From: Candidatus Saccharimonadales bacterium
GTDB lineage: Bacteria; Patescibacteriota; Saccharimonadia; Saccharimonadales; JACDBH01
Direction of reading: 5' to 3'
DNA length: 24,000 nucleotides
Assembly (NCBI GenBank): GCA_049292975.1
Contig: JBATRZ010000058.1
Span: 3,425-27,424 of the forward strand
The translations under genes and the position numbers were made by a program. Positions within the stretch are counted from its first letter, which is position 1. Every line of letters starts with the position of its first letter. Shown piece by piece: positions 1 to 6,679 of the stretch. Under the pieces are notes generated by a model. That model searched no databases. It saw only the letters and a list, made by a program, of their open reading frames with translations, and had not been told where the DNA came from.

Positions 1-203
1 CCCAACTGTGTTATTTAAGTATACAAGCCGATTGGAATACATTCCATCCCTGTTGTTGATAACACGTGGACAAGTATGCTTATAAATAATTAAAAAAATG
101 AGACCGGAATTTACCCTCGCCTCATTCTTACCTGTTTATTTAAAAAAAGATCCGCCGGACAAATCTCTGCTTTGCCAGGCGCCCCCTAAAAAACCTATAC
201 GGA

Positions 204-233
204 GGGTCCCCGCTCAGGTTTTAGCCAGGGCTG
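204..233 (+). repeat. REP-like element related to the 7509-7596 repeat. It shares the 10-mers GGGTCCCCGC and GCCAGGGCTG in the same order.
   Basis: GGGTCCCCGC at 204-213 equals the reverse complement of 7547-7556 and 7583-7592. GCCAGGGCTG at 224-233 equals the reverse complement of 7509-7518. The local hairpin is GTCCCC...GGGGAC. Confidence 0.5.
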
Positions 234-256
234 GGGACGCTAATGGTTTTCCTTAA

Positions 257-763
257 CTAGAGTGCCGCTTCAAGGGCGGCCCACTCGGCGTTGCCGTCTT
301 CGGGGATATTCACACTCACCTGGTCGCCAGGCTTGGCTTTGAAGTACGTTACAGATGCTAAGAGCACGCGGTAATCCTTGCCCTCAAAAGATACAATATA
401 ATGGCCGTCCTTTTGGATTAGGGTGCCGACGACCTGCTTGCGTGGGATAGGGCCAATTTGCTTGTATAAAAAGGCGCCGTCTTCAGCGATGGTAAGTTTA
501 AGAATATCGCCTTGGACCAGCTTTGATTTACTGGCGTAATTGGCGGGTACAGGATACGTTTTGGCGTCGGATCCAACCATGTTCTGGCCGTCAAAAACGC
601 CCTCGACTATCTTGCCGACCTGCTCATCGGCGGTGTGCGAAGCAACTACAGCATCATCACCTACCAAACTGGTAAGCAGCTCTTTAGCAGCGGCCAGATT
701 AGTCTCGGCCTCTCCGATGAGTGCCTTCAACCGTTTTACCTGCTTCTCTGGTAAATCTGCCAT
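257..763 (-). CDS. hypothetical protein with a coiled-coil-like N-terminus and a beta-rich C-terminal half
   Basis: 168-aa ORF with a purine-rich GAGGAAATAAAGAG stretch upstream of the ATG. The overlapping + strand ORF 540..827 looks like a shadow. I recognise no family. Confidence 0.6.
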   Translation of the reverse strand: MADLPEKQVKRLKALIGEAETNLAAAKELLTSLVGDDAVVASHTADEQVGKIVEGVFDGQNMVGSDAKTYPVPANYASKSKLVQGDILKLTIAEDGAFLYKQIGPIPRKQVVGTLIQKDGHYIVSFEGKDYRVLLASVTYFKAKPGDQVSVNIPEDGNAEWAALEAAL

Positions 764-1030
764 GTTTGCTCTTTATTTCCTCTACTCTTCTGTTTTCAAA
801 CTCTCACTTAGCCCCACCGTATCATAGACGTCCTCTGCAGTCAAAGGTAAGCTTGATTTTCTGTGGATAAATGTAGAGTATACAGTTAGGCAATTTAATA
901 CATAATCTTAAGTAATAAGCAATCCATAATAGGCCGAGTTCCAATAAAAAAACGGCTTTATTGAGTAACTGATTGCTGCATCGCGGCAATAATTGTCTAA
1001 AATGTGACAAAATGCTAGTTTTGCGGCGGC

Positions 1031-1068
1031 TTAAAAAACTAAAACCGCTCCCTTGGGAGCGGTTTTAG
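1031..1068 (-). terminator. intrinsic terminator after rplL
   Basis: On the minus strand, AAAACCGCTCCC-aagg-GGGAGCGGTTTT is followed by AGTTTTTT. Confidence 0.85.
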
Positions 1069-1101
1069 GCTACCAGATCATTTTGACCTGCCGAATCTAG
1101 C

Positions 1102-1485
1102 TTATGCCAGTTCGACGCTGGCGCCGGCTTCTTCAAGAGTTTTCTTAAAGCCTTCAGCATCTTCTTTCTTGGCTTTCTCAACGACAGTCTTAGGTGCACC
1201 ATCAACGATAGCCTTGGCTTCGCCAAGACCCAATCCGGTGATGTCCTTAACGGCCTTGATAACGGCAACTTTCTGGGCACCGGCGTCTTTTAGGACAACA
1301 TCGTACTCAGACTTGCCTTCGTCGGCGGCAGCGGCTTCACCGCTGGCAGCTGGACCGGCCACGGCTACAGCAGCAGCTGCGGGCTCGATGCCGTACTCGT
1401 CCTTAAGGATGGTCTTAAGTTCGTTTACTTCTAGAACAGTGAGTTTAGTTAGTTCTTCAGCTAATTTTTTTACGTCGTTAGCCAT
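1102..1485 (-). CDS. rplL: 50S ribosomal protein L7/L12
   Basis: 127 aa. It has an Ala/Pro hinge ([19 protein letters not shown]) and the C-terminal domain [31 protein letters not shown] lies upstream of the ATG. Confidence 0.97.
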   Translation of the reverse strand: MANDVKKLAEELTKLTVLEVNELKTILKDEYGIEPAAAAVAVAGPAASGEAAAADEGKSEYDVVLKDAGAQKVAVIKAVKDITGLGLGEAKAIVDGAPKTVVEKAKKEDAEGFKKTLEEAGASVELA

Positions 1486-1500
1486 AATATATCTCCTCGA

Positions 1501-1598
1501 ATTATTTCACATTTTACTGTTTATATTTCACAATGATTTATCATTTTACATTTGCCACTGGCCGGAATGTGAAATAATAAATGTGAAATTAATGTAAA
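1501..1598 (+). repeat. AT-rich TTCACA/TGTGAA inverted-repeat element, copy 1, in the rplJ-rplL spacer
   Basis: The arms ATTATTTCACA (1501-1511) and TGTGAAATAAT (1568-1578) flank a GC-rich core GCCACTGGCCGG. The 12-mer ATATTTCACAAT (1523-1534) is identical to 20873-20884. TTCACATTTTAC (1506-1517) is identical to 20445-20456. Confidence 0.7.
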
Positions 1599-1633
1599 CT
1601 AGTGAGTTGTTAAATGTTAAATCGGCAGCTTCT

Positions 1634-2158
1634 TTAGGCTGCGGCCTTGGCCTCGACGCCGTCCAGCAGTGCATGCAGGTTGCCAGACAAGGCGCTTGTC
1701 ACATCGTGTACTGGTGACAGCAAGGTTACGACCACATTAGCGATAAGTTCGTTCTTGCTTGGCAGGGTTGCCAGAGCTTTTACGTCACTGGCTGCCATAA
1801 AGTTGCCGTCTGCTGTGATAGCGCCTACGAACTGGACGCTTGGGTTGGTTTTAGAAAAGGTGTTAAGCACCTGAGCCGGGGCGGCTTCGTCATCAGCGTT
1901 AAATGCATATAACAACTGTCCGGTCAGCGCAGAGGTATCCGTATCCTTAAGGGTGTCACTGTTTTCCAAAGCCTTGATAACCAAACGGTTCTTGACAACG
2001 CTTACTTTGGTGCCATTGCCTTTCGCTTCCTTACGCAAAGCCTGGATAGCCTTAACGGTCGTGCCTTGGTACTGCGCTACTACGGTCAGTTTGGAGCTGG
2101 CCAACAGTTCAGCTACCTCGGATACAACCTCATTCTTTTTTGATTTGCTTAAAGCCAT
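1634..2158 (-). CDS. rplJ: 50S ribosomal protein L10
   Basis: 174 aa lying directly upstream of rplL, with an L10-like sequence (LTVVAQYQGTTVKAIQALRKEAK...). The SD AGAGGAAAC lies upstream of the ATG. Confidence 0.95.
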   Translation of the reverse strand: MALSKSKKNEVVSEVAELLASSKLTVVAQYQGTTVKAIQALRKEAKGNGTKVSVVKNRLVIKALENSDTLKDTDTSALTGQLLYAFNADDEAAPAQVLNTFSKTNPSVQFVGAITADGNFMAASDVKALATLPSKNELIANVVVTLLSPVHDVTSALSGNLHALLDGVEAKAAA

Positions 2159-2357
2159 AAGTTTCCTCTAGCTTTAGTGGGGCGCTTTTCATGATTGCCC
2201 ATTTTCGGCTTGCCTGCTGCGGTACGCAGTCACCGTATTGGAATACGGCTCCCTACGTTCCTCGCAGTCGCACCGAAACTGGTCTAATCCTGAAAACCGG
2301 TTCCCAATTTGTGAATTGCCTTGTCCATCGACCATAGGACTTGGCTGATTACAGACA
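2159..2357 (-). promoter_or_regulatory. structured rplJ 5' leader, a candidate L10(L12)4 autoregulatory leader
   Basis: About 200 nt with nested helices on the minus strand: TTTCGG...CCGAAA, CTGCG...CGCAG and CCGTATT-cca-AATACGG. The position matches the widely distributed L10 leader. Confidence 0.45.
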
Positions 2358-2392
2358 TTTAAAACGTCTTTGTATGACTACAAAGACGTTTA
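2358..2392 (-). terminator. 13-bp perfect hairpin, acting as a terminator or attenuator
   Basis: AAACGTCTTTGTA-gtca-TACAAAGACGTTT is followed by T then AAATG on the minus strand, giving a 4-U run. Confidence 0.6.
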
Positions 2393-2478
2393 ATGAATAA
2401 CAAATTGATTGTTGTTCACCTCGGCGGCATTCTTAAATCGCTGTACGCGATCGCCGCTGTCTTTGGTAATCAAGACAA

Positions 2479-2507
2479 ATTATACCGCAACAGAGGTGGT
2501 GCGTCAA
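2479..2507 (-). promoter_or_regulatory. near-consensus sigma-70 promoter, TTGACG-17-TATAAT
   Basis: On the minus strand the -35 TTGACG is at 2502-2507 and the -10 TATAAT is at 2479-2484, with a 17-nt spacer. It starts 9 nt after the stop of ORF 2516..2791. Confidence 0.7.
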
Positions 2508-2515
2508 TCCCTCTA

Positions 2516-2791
2516 TTATTCCTCGCCGCGGACAATATTCGGGTGCAGCAATTCCAGCTTGGCGAATTCCTGTGCGAAACGGTTACGGCGGACAATTGCT
2601 CCATGACTACTATGCCGCATAACACGATATTGATCGAAAGCCCTAACGGATATAGCGTGCCATAAAACCTTTACAGGCTCTATAACTACCTCTTCTACTA
2701 AGTGCTCGCCCGCTGGATTCGTTTGCTGTTCTTCCCTAAAGTCTTTTTCAAACTCTTGCATGTCAGGCGCATGTTGTTCTGCCAGGCTCAT
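2516..2791 (-). CDS. hypothetical protein, 91 aa
   Basis: AGAGGAAAACATT lies before the ATG. The ORF is bounded by a terminator upstream and a promoter downstream. The competing + ORFs 2393..2665 and 2409..2606 lack an SD. Confidence 0.5.
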   Translation of the reverse strand: MSLAEQHAPDMQEFEKDFREEQQTNPAGEHLVEEVVIEPVKVLWHAISVRAFDQYRVMRHSSHGAIVRRNRFAQEFAKLELLHPNIVRGEE

Positions 2792-2822
2792 AATGTTTTC
2801 CTCTAAAATTGTTGTTGTTATA

Positions 2823-2857
2823 TAAAAAAACGGCCTTCTAGGTGAAGCCGTTCGGAT
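2823..2857 (-). terminator. intrinsic terminator
   Basis: The minus-strand RNA AACGGCUUC-accua-GAAGGCCGUU (9 bp with one bulge) is followed by UUUUUUU. Confidence 0.8.
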
Positions 2858-2968
2858 GGGGGATTTCTGGTCTTACTGCTGTTACTGTCTGGCTTCACCG
2901 CGCGCAACAAGACCTCCCGCCTTAATCACGAGGTTTGTTGATGTCGCTACGTTAGTAAAGTGAACCAT
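2858..2968 (-). other. short transcription unit, either an sRNA or a leaderless 28-aa ORF (2882..2968, MVHFTNVATSTNLVIKAGGLVARGEARQ)
   Basis: The promoter at 2976-3004 ends 7 nt before the ATG at 2968. The unit contains an internal GGTCTT...AAGACC stem and ends at the terminator 2823-2857. Confidence 0.35.
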
Positions 2969-2975
2969 TACCTTA

Positions 2976-3004
2976 ATCCTACATGCTAATTTGCCTGCTG
3001 TCAA
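2976..3004 (-). promoter_or_regulatory. promoter TTGACA-17-TAGGAT
   Basis: The -35 is at 2999-3004 and the -10 at 2976-2981 on the minus strand. It sits back to back with the + promoter; the two TTGACA boxes form TGTCAAaataatgTTGACA. Confidence 0.55.
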
Positions 3005-3011
3005 AATAATG

Positions 3012-3041
3012 TTGACAAACAGCACGGAGTCATCGTATGGT
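3012..3041 (+). promoter_or_regulatory. promoter TTGACA-18-TATGGT
   Basis: The -35 is at 3012-3017 and the -10 at 3036-3041. Confidence 0.55.
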
Positions 3042-3047
3042 GTATGC

Positions 3048-3205
3048 GTTATGAGTTTTTCAGCACATTACTGCCAATCAATGACAACCAAGCGCATGCT
3101 CGGTCTCATTTATATTGCGCTATAACTGCTGGAACGCCATCGTAGAGGCCAAATAACCAACCTAGAGCTACCAAACCGATTCCAGCAGAGGGAATCGGTT
3201 TTTTA
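3048..3205 (+). other. short transcription unit, either an sRNA or a leader with a 24-aa ORF (3051..3125, MSFSAHYCQSMTTKRMLGLIYIAL), ending in a terminator
   Basis: The -10 ends 9 nt before the ATG at 3051. The terminator is at 3173-3205, and an alternative pairing 3126-3134/3180-3188 competes with it. Confidence 0.35.
3173..3205 (+). terminator. intrinsic terminator
   Basis: AAACCGATTCC-agcagag-GGAATCGGTTT is followed by TTT. Confidence 0.8.
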
Positions 3206-3420
3206 ACATACAAATCCATGCATATCTCCGCTACTGCTAACAGACCGTAGACATGAATGGATACGATTGGGATACCGGTAGGCGTACTTTTTTAGCCAAA
3301 GTATGACTATTGGTAGCTCACGTTACCAAAACCCTCTCCTTCCGGGCGCTCCCGCCATGGAAGGACGCACCAGCCACTGCCAAGGTGGCAACAACCAAAG
3401 ACAAGTTGGAGGCAACTAAC

Positions 3421-3642
3421 ATGCCCAAGTCAGACACTGTTCAGGCCGATATCATTACGCTGCTTCGCAAGCAGCATGGTGAAGTCACTGCTACGGACAT
3501 ACTGGACTTCAGGAGCAAGCTCGGCAACAAGCACGCCACACCCAAAACCGTGCTCGATGCACTTCGTACGCTTAAGAAGCGGAACGTCGTGGCGATCAAG
3601 CGCTACCAAGGTGGCACCCGTGTCACCCTGCGCGCTGCCTGA
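3421..3642 (+). CDS. small winged-helix-like DNA-binding protein, 73 aa
   Basis: GGAGG lies 8 nt before the ATG at 3421. The track start at 3310 is TTG with no SD. The sequence ADIITLLRKQHGEVTATDILDF...TVLDALRTLKKRNVVAIKR looks like a wHTH fold. Confidence 0.6.
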   Translation: MPKSDTVQADIITLLRKQHGEVTATDILDFRSKLGNKHATPKTVLDALRTLKKRNVVAIKRYQGGTRVTLRAA

Positions 3643-3845
3643 GGCACAAGACGGCGGTGGTTGCCTGCGGCACGATTGCGTCCTACCCGGACACGAACGT
3701 GCCAAAGGCATACCCCGCGCTCCCGTCAAATAGATTGATCCAGCGGATCGAACCCCCAACCCCACTCTTGCACCTCCAACTTGTCTCTTAACACTAAAAG
3801 AACCATGAATATATTACAAAGAGCACCAGACATATATCATAACGT

Positions 3846-3897
3846 CATCACAATGGTGATGCATTCAATGCATGAAGGCAGGCATTTATGAATGCAT
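3846..3897. promoter_or_regulatory. cluster of operator-like palindromes upstream of 3943..4368
   Basis: CATCACaatgGTGATG lies at 3846-3861. The perfect 15-bp palindrome ATGCATTCAATGCAT lies at 3859-3873. GCATTtatgAATGC(AT) lies at 3882-3897. Confidence 0.5.
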
Positions 3898-3942
3898 AAG
3901 TTAAATCTACCTAACTACATAAATTAAGCAGAGAACAGCGAT

Positions 3943-4368
3943 ATGACATTACTAGAACCAAGACCAAATTCAGAAGTTATGCCTGACGATACCAACCCGG
4001 CCGTCCTTGCACCTTTGCACCCGTTAGAATCACTGGCTCTCTCTATGCGCCTGCACGGCAGCGCGCGCGGCCGCTTTGCCGCCGGCCAGTTCATCGCGCT
4101 TTTATGGAATGCAAGATACCAAGATGAGGCAGTCTGCCGCGTATACTCCCTCAGGGACGACAGTCACGAAGAAGAACACGCCGGCTTCATGGAAGTGCTG
4201 GAGGTTACGGCGCCAGATTTCGAGGGTATCTTGGTAGGAGCGGAACGGCTCGAGAGCCTTGGCCTTTTTGCGGGGCGTGAACTTGTCCGCCAGCTCATTG
4301 TTGAAGAACACGGCCGGGTGGTTTGCTACGCGGCGATGCCCAGCGCTAGCTTAACTGCTGAAGTTTAA
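3943..4368 (+). CDS. hypothetical protein, 141 aa
   Basis: The ORF is GC-richer than its surroundings and has a weak SD. Its 3' end overlaps the convergent tmk-thyX gene by 23 nt. I recognise no family. Confidence 0.5.
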   Translation: MTLLEPRPNSEVMPDDTNPAVLAPLHPLESLALSMRLHGSARGRFAAGQFIALLWNARYQDEAVCRVYSLRDDSHEEEHAGFMEVLEVTAPDFEGILVGAERLESLGLFAGRELVRQLIVEEHGRVVCYAAMPSASLTAEV

Positions 4369-6679
4369 ACTGGGCATATTTTTCAGCAGCCAGACGGGTA
4401 AGTTCTTCGTCCTCGCCTTTGTTTACGAATTTCATGGCGTTGCCTAGCATTGGATGGACTTCACACAGTTTGTCGTGCATTTCTTTGACAAGCTTGCGAT
4501 AACCAGGGTGGCCCTGCGGACCGGTGCGCAGCTCATGTAAATGAAATGCTTCACGGGCGTTGTAGGTGATCTTCCAGCGCATGCGGTGGCCTAGCAGCGT
4601 GGCGTACTGCGCCTCAAGTTGGTAACCCCCAGCCTGCATCTGGCTGTAAAGTCCGGCCGCTTTGTCAAAACAGGCTTCAAAATCATCGGCTAGACCGGCT
4701 TTTTCTACCAGCTCGGGTATGTCAAAGCCGTAACGGGGAGTCAGCTGCTGCCACTCCAGGCTGTCTACCATACGGTGGCGCTGCAGGTCACGGAAGATGC
4801 CGTAATCACAAACCAGGTCATAGCTGTAATGCGCTATCTCCAGCGCGCGGCCCGGGCGGTGGCGGCGGTTAAGGCGCTCGCCCATATACGTATTGAAGGC
4901 ATCGCACTTATCATCGTATGACCAACTGCGTACTTCTTTTTTCAAATCAGCCAGGCTCATGGTGCTGTGTTCGTACAACATGTGCGTCGTCAGGTCGAGC
5001 TCGTTGCGCGGCCAGTAATCTACTAGCTGCACATCATCATCCAAACTGCCCAGGTTGCCCGGCAGATGTTGCCCGGCAAAATCTTTGAGCGCCTTATATG
5101 TATTGGCGCGGTAAGCAATGGCAGCACCGCCGCGGTCGGGCTTGTCGGCGCGTTCCAAAAAAGCTGGCAGAGTTTTGCGGCATTCGGCCAGCATAGCCTC
5201 ACCCGTAGCCTTGGCTTCGGGTAATTCATCGGATAACAGGTGCATAATCAGGTTTTCCAGGGCCTGGCCGGAGGCATAGATACCAACGGTTGATTTGGCA
5301 GCAACCGGCAGCACAGCACGCACGGCATCACAAGCTTGGGCGCGGGTAGCGCTGTTAAACGCCGCATCGCGCTCTTCTTTTGGTACCGAGCTATGCTCGC
5401 GCACGTAATCGGTAGCCTTCCGGACCATACCAGAATAAAGACCAAAAATTTCGTCCATGGCGGTGCGGTAGCCCGTCTTCAGCTTCTTGGGCAAATAATC
5501 CGGTACAAAATAGCGGTACTGGCCGTTTTTATCCTTCTGGTCAAAATAAATATAACGGGTTGATTGCTCCAGATAGCTGGCCAGCCGGCCCCACTCTAGC
5601 TTCTTAGTCAGCAGATTGCTGGCGTTCTCTACCACGATATGCTGGCCCACAAGCTGTTGCACAGAGTCATCGCCGTAAGCAGTGATAACGCGCTGGAGCA
5701 GTTTTTCGTCTTTGCCTGCATCGCTGCCGGTAAACTCATCTAATAAAGTCACGCGCATGTCATCGCCGCGGCGGCTCAGACGCGCCATAGCGGCGGCTAT
5801 AGTCGTGGCGGTCAATTTATCGGTAAAGGCATAAACATCGCCGTCCGTTGCAGTAACGGCTTCCTTTAAAAAAGCGTTGCCATCTTCGGTAATCTCATAC
5901 TGGCCGTTTTTATTTTTTACCACATAGGTTTTGTCCTCGGTAATTGATTTTGGCGATTCAATCTCTTTCTTTTTTTCATCCAGAACTTCTTGGATGGGTG
6001 TTGCCGGGCTTGAAGCACTGGCGCTGATAGGGGGTGATGATTCCAGGGCGGTTTGATCCATCAGCTTGCCGTTCAGGATCTGCCAGATAGCATCATTCAC
6101 TTTGTCCGGCGCATTGTTGGCAAAGATTACCGGGTAACCGCGCTGCTTGGCTTCCCATAGGTAGCCTGCCCGCACGCGGTCCAGGAAAGCCTCGTCCAGA
6201 TTGTCGAACCGTTCACCCGCGCCGCGTTTTTCGGCGCGCTGGCGCAGTACTTGCGCGGGCGCATCAAGCACTATGGTCATATCCGGCTGCATACCGGCTA
6301 CGGCAAACTCGATGATGGTGTTGATGGTATCGTAATCCGGCACGTCGCCCCGGCCGTAGTATTGGATGGCCAAGGTGCTCAGGTAATTGCGGTCACATAA
6401 GCAGATAACGCCGTTGTCCCGGGCAGCTCGGATAACCTGCAGGGACTGGCTGCGGGCGGCATTGTACAGCAGCGCTTCGGTGCGGGTGTTCATGGGATAG
6501 CGCGGATCCTGCGTTAGCATGCGTAAGGTGCGGGCTGTTAAGTCGGACTGGCTGTCTGGCTCACGGAACAGGCGTACCGGGTAGCCCAGGGCGCGCAGGC
6601 GCCCGGCTAGCAGTTCGAGCTGCGTGGTCTTGCCGGTACCCTGTGCACCTTCGAGTACTATATAGCGGCCCCTACTCAT
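4346..6679 (-). CDS. fusion protein of thymidylate kinase (N-terminal) and a duplicated ThyX-like flavin-dependent thymidylate synthase (C-terminal)
   Basis: The N-terminus carries the Tmk P-loop IVLEGAQGTGKTT, CDRNYLSTLAIQYYGRG and the LID RAEKRGAGERFDN. A Ser/Pro/Lys-rich linker follows. Two ThyX-signature-like segments come next: WGRLASYLEQSTRY and FRDLQRHRMVDSLEWQQLTPRY. A ThyX-like C-terminus NAREAFHLHELR closes the protein. Confidence 0.8.
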   Translation of the reverse strand: MSRGRYIVLEGAQGTGKTTQLELLAGRLRALGYPVRLFREPDSQSDLTARTLRMLTQDPRYPMNTRTEALLYNAARSQSLQVIRAARDNGVICLCDRNYLSTLAIQYYGRGDVPDYDTINTIIEFAVAGMQPDMTIVLDAPAQVLRQRAEKRGAGERFDNLDEAFLDRVRAGYLWEAKQRGYPVIFANNAPDKVNDAIWQILNGKLMDQTALESSPPISASASSPATPIQEVLDEKKKEIESPKSITEDKTYVVKNKNGQYEITEDGNAFLKEAVTATDGDVYAFTDKLTATTIAAAMARLSRRGDDMRVTLLDEFTGSDAGKDEKLLQRVITAYGDDSVQQLVGQHIVVENASNLLTKKLEWGRLASYLEQSTRYIYFDQKDKNGQYRYFVPDYLPKKLKTGYRTAMDEIFGLYSGMVRKATDYVREHSSVPKEERDAAFNSATRAQACDAVRAVLPVAAKSTVGIYASGQALENLIMHLLSDELPEAKATGEAMLAECRKTLPAFLERADKPDRGGAAIAYRANTYKALKDFAGQHLPGNLGSLDDDVQLVDYWPRNELDLTTHMLYEHSTMSLADLKKEVRSWSYDDKCDAFNTYMGERLNRRHRPGRALEIAHYSYDLVCDYGIFRDLQRHRMVDSLEWQQLTPRYGFDIPELVEKAGLADDFEACFDKAAGLYSQMQAGGYQLEAQYATLLGHRMRWKITYNAREAFHLHELRTGPQGHPGYRKLVKEMHDKLCEVHPMLGNAMKFVNKGEDEELTRLAAEKYAQFKLQQLS

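Noticed and set aside
862-870. A perfect DnaA box (TGTGGATAA, the reverse complement of TTATCCACA) in an AT-rich gap, considered as an oriC candidate.
   Set aside because: There is a single consensus box, with only weak 6-of-9 relatives nearby. There is no dnaA/dnaN context and no clear DUE. It could be a chance match or a single regulatory site.
822-1010. Track ORF 822..1010 (-) and a hand-found 52-aa ORF at 97..255 (+).
   Set aside because: Both sit in AT-rich or terminator-rich intergenic DNA without an SD. Their translations are compositionally odd, so they are more likely non-coding.
2393-2665. Plus-strand ORFs 2393..2665 and 2409..2606, considered as alternatives to the minus-strand 2516..2791.
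   Set aside because: They start inside or next to the 13-bp terminator hairpin and have no SD. They also run across a consensus minus-strand promoter. The minus-strand ORF has an SD and clean boundaries, though it remains only moderately supported.
3740-3770. A tRNA-like T-loop (GGGGGTTCGATCCGC on the minus strand) that could mark a tRNA gene or att site.
   Set aside because: No complementary T-stem, acceptor arm or anticodon arm can be folded around it. At most it is a degraded fragment.
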